This document shows, in pieces, positions 1-12,409 of a DNA stretch of 64,000 nt (position 1 is the stretch's first letter; every line of letters begins with the position of its first letter). Where the stretch lies: positions 90,644,001-90,708,000 of the forward strand of contig NC_042999.1 in NCBI RefSeq assembly GCF_006345805.1, in the 5' to 3' direction. The notes under the pieces were generated by a model. It had not been told where the DNA came from. It was given only the letters and a program-made list of their open reading frames with translations, and ran no database searches. The translations under genes and the position numbers were made by a program. The DNA comes from Octopus sinensis (Eukaryota).

Positions 1-1423
1 ACAGAAGCAAAAACCCACAAAACGTCATTGCAACAACAGTGATAATAGCAACATAGAGATAACTTCTGCACCATCAGCATCACCAGCATCACCAGCATCA
101 TCAGCATCAGCAACAACATCAACGTTAGCAGCAGCATCAGAAACAGCAATAGTCGCAACAATATTAGCTGTTGCATGAATATGAATTCTTATAAGAGCGA
201 GGTGAGTAAAAAACTCAAATTACTGATTACGAAAGTTATTCCTCTAATGAGGTGTATGATTAGGTTTGAGGATACAATAAGCACTTCTATCAATATTTAA
301 TTATCGAAATCAGCATTTCATTCCTCATTTTAATTACAAATAGCGACCGGGCAATTCATCCAACAAGTTTCGTCCGATTTCACGTTGGAGGCAATTTAAA
401 TCAATTACATTGCTAATATTCTAAAGAAAGCATTAGAAATGTAATGTTCGTAGGTGAAGCTAATTACACTCGATCTACAAGAAGTTGCAGCCAAATCTCT
501 CTAAATCACACGTTAGCTTAAAAAATATAAAAAGAAAAGAAAGGGACATCAGATAATGTATAATATGAATCATGGGTATTTACAAAAAGATAGACTAGTC
601 ACAGCCGGAACGCTTTGACCATAAGTTTGCATGATTGGGGATAACCTAGTGGTAAAGAACAGTAAAATCAACCACACTGGATTGCTATAAGAGTCCCATA
701 GATTCACATATAAATCTGTAGCCTTGTGCATGCTAGGTGTCAATAAGTAAATTATGTCTGGAGGTTTGATAACTCTTGAAATCAAAGGGTAAAAGAAAGT
801 CGGTAGTATAGTTAGCATTGTAAAAATAACGAATAATGAGCCTTTGGATTAATTCCAACTACATAATTATTGCATAAAACGCAAGCAATTCTACGCCAGG
901 AATTCTTTTAGTAGCAAATAGATTTTGTGTGAAAAATAGTTTATTTTCCCTCAAGAATAGTGAGAAGACAGTGCAAGTGAGAGATGTCAGTTGTATCGGT
1001 TGACCAATGTACGTATATGCTTGTGGTTATTAGAATAGATATCTCACTTCGTTTATGTTATATACACAGGAACAAAGACTGTTGTAATGGACATTATCGT
1101 TGACAGTAAATGGTTTATTTATTTCCTCCCTTCGTGTGATAATTGTAATCTGTCAAATAATATCCAATAGGAAATAGTTCTATATAATACAATGAATTTA
1201 TTCAATTCATGAACCAACGAAGGTGTCTCTGATCGCGCGTTCAACCTGATAGAAATCTCCTATCAAACAAAATCTCTTATCAAACTCTTCGGTTCTAACA
1301 ATGCAAATGACTCACTGAATATTATATAGGGTATCATACAGTTTGCATAAAAGGAAAAGAAAAAAACAATATCCCATCCAAAATTGAAAGTATTTAAAAA
1401 AATAAAAAATATCAACTAGACTA

Positions 1424-1672
1424 TGTCTGGTAGATACCAATTTCCTCAAAGTAGCCGTCCTCAGCTTCCATCACGGTCACAGGACAACTCTGGAACCTGG
1501 CGCATGTATTCCTTACCGTGTCTTTGGAAAGATCTTCGAACATTTCCTTTATCTTGTTAATCAGCTTGGCCTTGGTGTTGCAGGCAGAATGGTTAGTATC
1601 TTTCCCAAATGCGCCCAACACACAGTAATCAGGGTAATTAGGAGGCGAGAAGTTGGGGCTCGTGAAGTCGTA
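1424..1672 (-). mobile_element. Tc1/mariner transposase C-terminal remnant (maT/DD37D-like)
   Basis: Translation FTSPNFSPPNYPDYCVLGAFGKDTNHSACNTKAKLINKIKEMFEDLSKDTVRNTCARFQSCPVTVMEAEDGYFE is a degenerate form of the WPPNSPD(x)NPLDY(x)VWG...NACARFRSRLEAVIEAEGGYFE terminus; no TIR seen. Confidence 0.8.
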
Positions 1673-1723
1673 TGTATGTGTGTGCGTGTACATATATATG
1701 CAAACACAATATAACGCACATAT

Positions 1724-1763
<40 letters not shown>

Positions 1764-1900
1764 GCACACATTTTGAGTAAGTTGAGAATTCCAGGTACGA
1801 AAATTCCATTAATAAAGAAAGAACAAGAAATCAAATCTTCAAGAGTATAAAATATTATGGACATTTTAACACTCAGCAGACGATAAATATATCATTTGTA

Positions 1901-2130
1901 GGCGGCGAACTGGCAGAAACGTTAGCACGCCGGGCGAAATGCGTAGCCGTATTTCGTCTGCCGTTACGTTCTGACTTCAAATTTCGTCGAGGTCGACTTT
2001 GCCTTTCATCCTTTCGGGGTCGATAAATTAAGTACCAGTTCGCACTGGGGTCGATATAATCAACTTAATCCGTTTGTCTGTCCTTGTTTGTTCTCTCTGT
2101 GTTTAGCCCCTTGTGGGTAGTAAAGAAATA
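1901..2130 (+). mobile_element. tRNA-derived SINE, family A (tail type 1)
   Basis: Head GGCGGCGAACTGGCAGAAACGTTAGC, B-box-like TTCAAAT, central GCCTTTCATCCTTTCGGGGTCGATAAA; near-identical to 52810-53041. Confidence 0.9.
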
Positions 2131-2270
2131 GAAGCAATAATTTCTTACAAAGAAAATTGCTCAACAACTGCGTTGTCAAAGCTAACAAGCATGGCGATAA
2201 TAAAATTATTAGGATAATTAATGAATTTGACAAAAATAAAGAATTTAATCTCTTCAAGAAACCTCCCTTA

Positions 2271-2279
2271 CACACACAC

Positions 2280-2332
<53 letters not shown>

Positions 2333-2545
2333 CCTGCACATATGCGCACGCAAACACTTGCACATATGCACGCACACACACGCACACTCACTCGATCGTT
2401 CGCTCGCTCACTCACTCTCTTACTCACTCACTCACTCACTCACTCACTCACTAACTCACTCACTCACTCACTCACTCATTCACTCACTCACTCACTCAAT
2501 CACTCACTAACTCACTCACTCACTCACTCGCTCTGTCGCTCACTC
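2271..2545. repeat. Compound (CA)n + (CTCA)n microsatellite
   Basis: Direct reading. Confidence 0.95.
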
Positions 2546-3402
2546 ACTGTAACACACCACAGGCAAATTCACTGAAAAAAAAACTGTACATGTACACTCG
2601 AAATTCAGAACAGAGGCAATCGAGAAAATAAACTCCATGTAAACTTTGGGATAGAGTACCATAAAGATAAAAAGTAACCCCAGTACGTCTTGAATGTTAT
2701 CCATGAAATCCAGGAGTGGGATATTCTAGTAAAGTAACTTTTGTATAAAACACAAAATATATTGACAAAATACAAAAGAGGTTCCGTGAAATGAAATACA
2801 TACGACAATAGTCACATGATTACTAACTGTAAGAGAATTTCTTAGTGATATATCATTTCCATTAAGTATGACGTGATAACCGGAGCAAACAGGTGGGGAA
2901 AAAAGCGAAAAATCACAACTATCAGCGAAAGCGAATTAATTAATGTGATGAATGTAGGTGGAACTAAAGGATGAAGAAAAAATTGCAATCGATTGTATGT
3001 ATGCCTCTGCGACTATATATGTAGTGTATGAGTTCATGTGCAATATATGTCAATGGAAAATATTAAGTACGCTAATATGTAAGCGCTAAAATTGCATTCT
3101 ATTTTCAGATATATTAGATAGATGATGTGTTCATCTAATCATGGAATCTATTGTATCGACTAAAGTAATCAACCACTAGGTCGTTAAAAAGGAGGTGAAC
3201 GCTGATATACATCATGAAATAAATCCGCCATCCAAATAAATAAATAAATAAAAAATGATGATTAAAATTATATCCTTAGTGATGAGAGCAATCACGATCT
3301 TAACGATTACTTATCGCCAGAAGGCAAAAGAGACAAGCTCGAAAATTTATTTATTTAAGTTAGGAATGTAAAGGAACTGAGTATAACCATTAACAGTGCA
3401 GT

Positions 3403-3455
3403 GACAACTTCGGACATGTTTCAGTCTTATAAGATCTTATCAGCAAAGCGTAGTC
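3403..3455 (-). ncRNA. Minimal type I hammerhead ribozyme motif, G8A variant
   Basis: Minus strand: CTTTG-CTGATAA-GATCTTATAAGACT-GAAA-CATG-TC-CGAAG; stem I CTTTG/CGAAG, palindromic ACATGT helix III. Confidence 0.6.
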
Positions 3456-3720
3456 TCTTCTCAGTCGTGTTGTTCTCAGACTCTTAAGCCATATATTGAC
3501 TAGCGCGACTGAGAGATATAGTTTTGTATTTAAACGAACACTGAATAATGTAGCAAATCCAAATTATAACTGGGTAAAACTATCCAGATAAATCTCCTAC
3601 GTGACAACATTATAATAAACTGGATGCTTGCATACTTGATGCTGTAAGCAAACAATATAAGCAAACTTTTTGCTGTTTTCGGTCTGTTAACGACCAGGCG
3701 TTCAGACAAGTATGCTGGCA

Positions 3721-3722
<2 letters not shown>

Positions 3723-3803
<81 letters not shown>
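3723..3803. repeat. (TA)n flanking the 479-bp HHR element (left)
   Basis: Direct reading. Confidence 0.95.
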
Positions 3804-4028
3804 GAGGATAATATCGATATTTAAGTATCCATATTATCTAGTGGCCAGCATGGGAAAAATACCGTACAAAGGTAATAATTTTTAACAATTAAAAATGAGG
3901 GTGTCTAAGAGACACCAACATGCCGAAATAGCAGTCGAAACTCTGACTATAAAAACCACGTTAAGGGTTCGTGTCGCACCATGAGATAAGACAGATAGAC
4001 AAAATATACAAGCAAAAATTATTGAATA

Positions 4029-4087
4029 ATTCAAGATCCAGGATTTCTGGTTTTGCTTTAAATAAGCTTTACCGTCATCGGTTGAAT
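4029..4087 (-). ncRNA. Type I hammerhead-like motif, copy 1 (U4C variant)
   Basis: ATTCAA-CCGATGA-CGGTAAAGCTTATTTAAAGCAAAACCA-GAAA-TCCTGGA-TC-TTGAAT: 6-bp stem I, stem II GGT/ACC plus GCTT/AAGC, stem III ATC/GAT. Confidence 0.7.
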
Positions 4088-4603
4088 ATATCAAGAGTAC
4101 ATAAATACAGATATATACATGCAGAACAAACGATATACTTACATATACGAACGTCCATACATAAATACATATGCACGTATGCACGCGGCCAGTTAAATTA
4201 CCCGCCGAATCATCCCAAAGTACGACACGGTTAAAATAAACACCGCAGTGAAAATAATAACGAATTATATATATTTATATATATATCGGCATGTTGGTGT
4301 CTCTTAGACACCCTCATTTTTAATTGTTAAAAATTATTACCTTTGTACGGTATTTTTCCCATGCTGGCCACTAGATAATATGGATACTTAAATATCGATA
4401 TTATCCTCATATATAAATATATATAATTCGTTATTATTTTCACTGCGGTGTTTATTTTAACCGTGTCGTACTTTGGGATGATTCGGCGGGTAATTTAACT
4501 GGCCGCGTGCATACGTGCATATGTATTTATGTATGGACGTTCGTATATGTAAGTATATCGTTTGTTCTGCATGTATATATCTGTATTTATGTACTCTTGA
4601 TAT

Positions 4604-4662
4604 ATTCAACCGATGACGGTAAATCTTATTTAAAGCAAAACCAGAAATCCTGGATCTTGAAT
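4604..4662 (+). ncRNA. Type I hammerhead-like motif, copy 2
   Basis: Same as copy 1 with one G>T change in inner stem II; predicted AUC cleavage after 4656. Confidence 0.7.
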
Positions 4663-4804
4663 TATTCAATAATTTTTGTTTGTATATTTTGTCTATCTGT
4701 CTTATCTCATGGTGCGACACGAACCCTTAACGTGGTTTTTATAGTCAGAGTTTCGACTGCTATTTCGGCATGTTGGTGTCTCTTAGACACCCTCATTTTT
4801 AATT

Positions 4805-4806
4805 AT

Positions 4807-4869
<63 letters not shown>

Positions 4870-4880
4870 TATATATATAC
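4805..4880. repeat. (TA)n flanking the 479-bp element (right)
   Basis: Direct reading. Confidence 0.95.
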
Positions 4881-5247
4881 ATACATGTATATAAATTAGA
4901 GAAGAGCCACCATGAAGCAATTCAACAATGTTATACTTAAATCATATAATGTAGAAAAAAGTTAAAGATACAATAAAACATTTACCTAGAACTAAATAAA
5001 GTACTTAATAAATAAATAGTATATAATTAGTAAATAGACTATACGTGTTTCGTGGCTATATTTTCAAATTGATAACAATAAAATCAATTCAGTTGAAATA
5101 TATGATTTAAGTATGTCATTGTTGAATTGCTTCATGGTGGTTCTTCTCTAATTTATATCCATGTGTTGTATATTGTGAAATTTGATTTAGTATTACTAAA
5201 CTGAATTTTTTCCCTGTAAGTTTGGAATCATATTCCCTAATATTATA

Positions 5248-5291
<44 letters not shown>

Positions 5292-5312
5292 TAATAATAA
5301 TAATAATAATAA

Positions 5313-7996
5313 GGAAGGCACCTGGGCATGACAAGATCCCCAACTTCTGGTTGAAATATCTAACAGGAATGCACAAAAAGCTGGCTGAAAATTATAAAAA
5401 CATACTGGCAGAGCCAGAGACAATGCCTGAATGGCTCACGAAGGGGAAAACCATCTTAATTCCCAAATCAAATGAGACAGCAACATCAGAAAACTACAGA
5501 CCTATAACCTGTCTCCCTACAATGTACAAAGCATTTACTGCAGTAATATCGCAAAGATTGAACAAGCACCTGGACGAAAACAACCTGTTTCCAGAAGAGC
5601 AGAAAGGATGCCCCAAAGGCTCATATGGCTGTAAAGATCAACTAATGATCAATAAAGCCATAACTGAAGACAGCCACAGAAAGAAGAAAGGCCTCAGTAT
5701 GGCCTGGATCGACTACAAAAAGGTGTTTGATAGCATTCCCCACACATAGATTCTCGAAACACTAGCCATGAACAAAGTTGCACCAACAATTATAAAGTAC
5801 ATAGGACACTCTATGAATAAATGGCAAACAGTGCTACAGCTCCAAACAAAAGAGGGACTTGTGAAAACCAAAGCCATCCCCATTAGAAGAGGAATATTCC
5901 AGGGAGATACGCTCTCTCCACTCCTTTTCTGCTTGGCACTGTCACCTCTATCGGATATGCTAAACAGAACTGGATGCGGATATAAATGTTACGGCAAAAA
6001 GATCAGCCACCTTTTATATATGGATGACCTAAAACTATACGCTACAAATGACAAACAGCTGGAAACACTACTAAAGACAGTTCATGGATTTACCAAAGAA
6101 ATAGATATGAAATTTGGATTAGAGAAATGCGCCAAAGTAACCCTGAAAAGAGGAAAACTAATTAAGAGTAGCAACATCACACTAGATAAAACCAATGAAA
6201 TAAAAGAATTAGACCAAAGCCAAACTTACAAATACTTAGGAATCCATTAACTAGATAAGACACAACACACACAAATAAAAGAGAAAATAAAAAAAAAGAA
6301 TATTATAGACGAGTTAGATCAATACTGAAAACAGAGCTCAATGCTAAAAACAAGATAATAGGTATCAACACTTTAGCCGTCCCAGTTATAAGTTACAGCT
6401 ACAATATCCTTAACTGGACACTAAATGAACTGACCAAAATAGATAGGAAAACAAGAAAAATAATGACAGGATCTAGGATGCATCACCCAAAATCTGACAT
6501 AGAAAGGCTATATATACAACGTATAGATGGTGGTAGAAGCCTTATACAGCAGGAAAACTACTATAAAATAACCACCATAGGACTGCAAAAATATCTACTT
6601 CAGAAGGAAGGAAAACTGATACAAATAGCGGCAAAACACGAGCAAAACAAAAAACTGTTCTCAGTATTTAAGGAAGCTGACAAATACAAACAAGAAATCA
6701 TACCACCTAACAAATATAAGAAGAAGAAGAAGAAGAGAAGAAGAAGAAGAAGAAGAAGAGAAGAAGAAGAAGAAGAAAGAAGAAGAAGAAGAAGAAGAAG
6801 AAGAAGAAGAAGAAGAAGAAGAAGAAGAAGAAGAAAGAAGAAGAAGAAGAAAGAAGAAGAAGAAGAAGAAGAAGAAGAAGAAGAAGAAGAAGAAGAAGAA
6901 GAAGAAGAAGAAGAAACAACAAAAGCTATAAAACAAATGAAATCCAAACTAAAAATAGAACAGCAACGAACCATGATGAAACGATGGCAAGAAAAGCCCC
7001 TTCATGGCAAATACTGGACTAAACTAAATGCAAAAGAAATAGGCAGAAAAATCCCAGCAATGGTTGAGACAACAAAAGCTATAAAACAAATGAAATCCAA
7101 ACTAAAACTAGAACAAAAAGAACCATGATAAAACGAAGGCAAGAAAAGCCCCTTCGTGGTAAATACTGGACTAAACTAAATGCAAAAGAAATAGACAAAG
7201 AAAAATCCCAACAATAGTTGAGAAGCTCAGGATTCAAAGCAGAGACAGAAGGATTTTTAATTGCAGCACAAGACCAAAGCCTCCCCACCAGAAATTACCA
7301 AAAACATGTAATGAAAAGAAATATAACAAGTAGCTGCAGAATATGTGGAGATGGACAAGAAACAATAAATCATATTATCTCTGGCTGCCCAGTCCTGGCT
7401 AAGAAGGAATATATTCACAGACACGACAGAGTTGGGACCTATATACACTGGAAACTATGCCAACGTTATGGAATAACAACAGAAAAAAGATGGTATAGGC
7501 ACACACCAGAAAAGGTCACAGAAGACGAGAAAGCAACCATACTCTGGGATATGCCTATACACACAGATAGAGAAATTAAGGCCAACAGACCAGATATAGT
7601 TGTCAGAGATCATGAAGAAAAAAATGCTTTCTAATTGATGTATCAATACTAGCGGATGACAACGTGTCTCTAAAAGAAATGGAGAAACTTTCAAAATACA
7701 AAGACCTGGAAATAGAGGTAACCAGAATGTGGAATCTAAAAACAGAAACAATTCCTATCATAATAGGTGCATTAGGCATGATAAAAAAATATTCAGACAA
7801 ATACATAACAAAAACACCAGGACTTACAAACACATATAACATACAGAAAATTGCACTACTAGGCACTGCACACATCCTACGCAGAACACTTTCCATACAA
7901 TAACCATCAGAGCATCACAACAAATCACAGCACATACCCAAGACACACAGAGCTGCGCTCGGTAGTGAAGTGAAAGCGCGATAAAAAAATATACTA

Positions 7997-8000
<4 letters not shown>
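5313..8000 (+). mobile_element. 5'-truncated R4/Dong-type non-LTR retrotransposon (RT + restriction-like endonuclease), inactivated
   Basis: RT motifs KAPGHD, NYRPITCL, WIDYKKVFDSIPH, RGIFQGDTLSPLLF, HLLYMDDLK, FGLEKC, YKYLGI; CRICGDGQETINHIISGC zinc knuckle, HRHD, RPDIV; in-frame stops at 5747 and 6248; (TAA)n on both sides. Confidence 0.93.
6718..6915 (+). repeat. (GAA)n expansion inside the Dong-like ORF
   Basis: About 200 bp of interrupted GAA units. Confidence 0.95.
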
Positions 8001-8072
<72 letters not shown>

Positions 8073-8176
8073 GACTGAAACAAATAAAAGATGATCACGT
8101 CTCTCTGCTTGATCAGCGCTGACTTAAAGTAAAGCTACGACGACGACCATCATCACCATATTTTCATGTAGAAAGA

Positions 8177-8183
<7 letters not shown>

Positions 8184-8251
<68 letters not shown>
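8184..8251. repeat. (GA)n microsatellite
   Basis: Direct reading. Confidence 0.95.
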
Positions 8252-8257
<6 letters not shown>

Positions 8258-8409
8258 AAATGGCAGTGACAACTACTGATACATTCTTTCCAATTATTTC
8301 GCTTTTCCTAATCCCAGTTTCCCTTTTTGTAAAAGGACAGTACTGAAAAAGTGTTCATGCTAACGTAACCCCAAACATTGTTTTTATTATTTTTGTTGAT
8401 TGGTTTCTA

Positions 8410-8703
8410 GTCGGCCCTGAGTGACCAGACATGGGATCAAAAGCATTCCAGTACTGATCATCCTTTCTATTTTTTTAGGTCAAGTATGCCTCGAACTAAT
8501 GACTCCTGTCTACTCTATTGAAGACGGTAGTCAGTTATTTGAGGGTGATTTGGCTAGCAGGCTGAGCGATGACGTAAATGATCCCGTGTGTTGTCTCATA
8601 GTCCTAAGGGAATTTTACACTTTGTTCGAAGCTTGATCGTAGATAGATGGTCAGCAAAATTCTTTCTCCAAAATCTTCAACCTCTAACCATGAGGCTAGC
8701 GCC
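8410..8703 (-). mobile_element. Decayed tRNA-derived SINE (possibly Nin/Deu-domain type)
   Basis: Reversed tRNA-like head (…CTCTAACCATGAGGCTAGCGCC) and GAGGGTGATTTGGCTAGCAG resembling, from recollection, the Nin/Deu core. Confidence 0.4.
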
Positions 8704-9329
8704 AGACAACAACTTCTCTACACCACAGTAAATAATATACAAGAATTGAAGGAAACCATAGAAAGTTCTTTAATCACTTATTACTCAAAATGACAAAGCT
8801 GTAGGATGGAAATAAAGAGCTTCTTTATGTTTATTTTCTTAAGACTTCCTTTCAGATAAATCTTCAGTCCAAAATAGATTTGGTCCGATAGACAAATGTT
8901 ATCAGCTGAAAGAACTACATCAGAAAGCGACAGTTTATTGCAGTCGGCATTGTGTACGGTACTGACAGATTTCGTGACTAGTCAAACTCCATAAATATTT
9001 TCTTATAAAATCGATTAAAAGAACGGGGAAAAAAATTGTAACGACACTAAATTAGCATTATGCATGATCTTTAGCTTATTGTTGTAGAGGCGTTACTATG
9101 ACAGCAATACAGAGGGATCAGTGTTGTAAAGGCATTCAACTGTGAGGGTAAGGCGTGAGTTGAGAGAGAGAGGGAGGGAGAGAAAGAGATAAAATGAGAG
9201 AGAGAGAGAAAGAGAGAGAGAGGGAGAGAGAGAGCGAGAGAAAGAGAGAGATAAAATGAGAGAGAGAGAGAGAGAGAGGAGGGAAAGAGAATGTGTGTGT
9301 GTCTAATCATAATGTTCTGATCTGCAGGT

Positions 9330-10720
9330 AGCACTTTGTCAATCAAGAACCATTCTGGTCGATTATGTTGCAGCCTCTTATCTGTGGAGATTATCAATAT
9401 CCTACGTGAGTTTCCCTTATTCATTCTTTCCGACTGGCAAAAGTGTTCATACCGTTTGTCATACATTCTAGTCAGTACCTCCTGCACAACCCCACTGTAG
9501 CGCAACATTTTTACGGTGTTTGCTGTACTCTTTCTGGGCCAGTTTTGAAAATCCACCAACTACATCTATGATTGTTTCAGATGAGTTTTCATAGTACTCC
9601 ACACTGTGATGATATGATTCTGCTGTCTTGTCAGAGCTGCACTTGATCGCATTAATTAGCAAAGCTTTTAATTAAGCAGTAAGAATCAAACCTTCTGTCT
9701 TCAAAAATCCATGTATTAGTTATCTCCAAGGTTGTTTATCCGCTACATTTAATGTCTGTTGGACAAACTTTCCATGTAGAATTTTCTCTTTCCAGTTGTT
9801 GAGATTTTCTTCATAATTTCTCTTTTTGTTCTGCCTGGAGATTCTCTTCACCATCACTAATAACCTTTTCACTCAATGCAATATCCATTCATCTTCCTGA
9901 GATAGGAGTGCAATGATTTACTATCTTATATTCCAGTGAATTCTTTTCATCTGCCTTTCCTTTGTAGATAAAGCCTTGTTATATTACTTCTAGTATGAAG
10001 GCATCCGTGTATGGCTATTATCTTTCTAATCTTTCTAATTCATACTGACCAGTTTTTCTTTTGTTCATTTCACAAGTCCCACACTGTAATGGACCATGCC
10101 TACAACCAGAATATTAATACCACTGATTAGCTGTCTGTATTCAGCTTGGATTTATATACAGCATCTTCTCTCCTCTAAAGTACTCTCAAATGATCTTATA
10201 TTCGTTTCATCGTCTGTTCTAAATATGGAATACCAAAGTATTTGTATCCTTCTCTGTCCACTTCTCTAATATACTTATCGTTCGGAAATATATTAATAAA
10301 AATTCCATTATTGTTTACTTTTCTTCTTCTCATTGCGAGAACAACGCATTTATCTAGACCAAACGATATTTGGATGTCTTGTGAAAAGAAGTGTTAAGTT
10401 TAACACTGCTAACCTAGTAATGTTTCAGATCACCCATGAACTGTAAGTGGTTAATTGGTCTCATGTTTTTCTTCTGTCTATTACTATGTCTCATGTTCTT
10501 CAAAACCAGTGTTTGTAGCATCATGATAATAATAAACAGCAATAGTGATAATGAGTCACACTGAAAGATTCCTCTCCTGAAGATCACTCATTCCTGTTTT
10601 CAAAACTGTCTTGTAGTTCTTCATACTTTTGCTGATTAAATATATCATATTCTTAGCTGTACCAATTATCTTCAGGTATTTCTGAATCCTTGAGTTAGGC
10701 GCCATACTTTATGCCTTCTA
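9330..10720 (-). mobile_element. Old, degenerate R4/Dong-type retrotransposon (RT C-half + RLE)
   Basis: Frameshifted remnants: INHLQFMGDLKHY, QDIQISFGLDKC, KSKLNT..LISGINI, ETIIDVVGGFSKLAQKEY, DKRYEH, STDKRLQHNRPEWFLIDK. Confidence 0.8.
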
Positions 10721-11423
10721 GTAATCAATTCGGGAATTAAGTTTGTCAATATTCATCGGTAAGTTCAAATTTACCTTATCTACAAGTATTATTTTAGATA
10801 AAAAAGGTAAATCATATAATGTTTGAGACCGTTGTTTTAAATGTTAGATAGTAATATTTAATCTTAGTGTTATAGAAACTTATTTTTATTAGCCTTGGTA
10901 TTATTAATGAATGATATTAAACATGCAGTGGCTTTCATGGCTTCTCATTTTAACTGTTTGGAAGTGTTATCATGTACATTGTTTTGTCTTGGTATAAAAG
11001 ATGGACTACAGCAAATATTCAGCTCAATACCACAGATTTGCTTGTCTGTTGTTTGACCATAACCAGTTGAGCATGTCCCTTAGTGGCTAACGATATGTGC
11101 ATCTCTGATCACGAGCAGAAATAGTGGGGAAGCAACTTTAGGGTTTGAATAATTCACCTCTGGAAAGATGGGTGTTTCGTTCAACGTCCTTAAGCAACAC
11201 TTATTTAGGGACCTTTTGAGCAGGATGGGCTACTCGACCTGAAGAAATTTCTAACTGGACCCCACGTTCAGGGTCATGCGCTGTTAATTTTGACATGAGA
11301 TCACCATGGTTATGATGCATGTACCTGGTGTACTCTTATCAGACGGGTAGTAATGATGGGTGTATTGGGCTTCGTATATTTTATCCCAGTGCTACTTTGA
11401 TGGCATGCTCTGCTATCTCGCTC

Positions 11424-11821
<398 letters not shown>

Positions 11822-11823
11822 TA

Positions 11824-12060
11824 GAGGCGCGTAGTTTAGTGGTTAGGGTGTCATCATCATGATCGTAAAGTTGTGGTTTCGATTCCTGGACCGGGCGACG
11901 CGTTGTGTTCTTGAGCAAAACACTTCAGTCCACTCAGCTGACAAAAATGAGTAACGATGCGATGGACTGGCGTCCCGTACAGCTGGAGAACACATACGCC
12001 ATTGAAACCGAGAAACCGGGCCCATGAGCCTGGCTAGGCTTTAAAAGGGCGCATTTATTT
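11824..12060 (+). mobile_element. tRNA-derived SINE: family D-type head/CORE-like segment with family B tail
   Basis: GTTGTGTTCTTGAGCAAAACACTT shared with 29911-30254; GCGATGGACTGGCGTCCCG and …GAGCCTGGCTAGGCTTTAAAAGGGCGCAT shared with 12063-12371. Confidence 0.85.
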
Positions 12061-12062
12061 TT

Positions 12063-12371
12063 GGAGGCACAATGGCCCAGTTGTTAGGGCAGCGGACTCA
12101 CGGTCGGAGGATCGCGGTTTCGATTCCCAGACCGGGCGTTATGTGGGTTTATTGAGCGAAAAACACCTAAAGCTCCACGAGGCTCCGGCAGGGGGTGGTG
12201 GCGATCCCTGTTGTACTCTTTCGTCCCAACTTTCTCTCACTCTTTCTTCCTGTTTCTTGAGTAACGCTGCGATGGACTGGCGTCCCGTCCAGCTGGTGGG
12301 AACACATACGCCATAGACCGTGAAACCGGGCCCATGAGCCTGGCTAGGCTTGAAAAGGGCGCATAAAAAAA
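12063..12371 (+). mobile_element. tRNA-derived SINE, family B (V-domain-like)
   Basis: A-box TGGCCCAGTTGTTAGG, B-box GGTTTCGATTCCC, GCGATGGACTGGCGTCCCGTCCAG, A-tail; other copies at 40321 and 59021. Confidence 0.9.
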
Positions 12372-12409
12372 TAATAACAATAATAATAATTATTATTATT
12401 AGATGCCTT

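Larger units (their letters stand above)
3804..4804. mobile_element. Inverted dimer of a 479-bp non-coding HHR-bearing unit (retrozyme-like or solo Penelope pseudo-LTR)
   Basis: A(3804-3926)+B(3927-4282) followed by revcomp A (4286-4408), revcomp B (4409-4764) and a 40-bp repeat of the start of revcomp A (4765-4804); (TA)n on both sides. Confidence 0.8.

Noticed and set aside
1-180. Cryptic (CAG/CAT/CAA)n and a nearby AG|GTGAGT donor-like site at about 200
   Set aside because: The open frame stops at about 176; nothing links it to a gene.
570-818. 82-aa hydrophobic ORF
   Set aside because: No recognisable motif or splice framework; length expected by chance.
3882-4818. Paired 87-103 aa ORFs on both strands
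   Set aside because: They are mirrored only because of the inverted duplication and show no protein motif.
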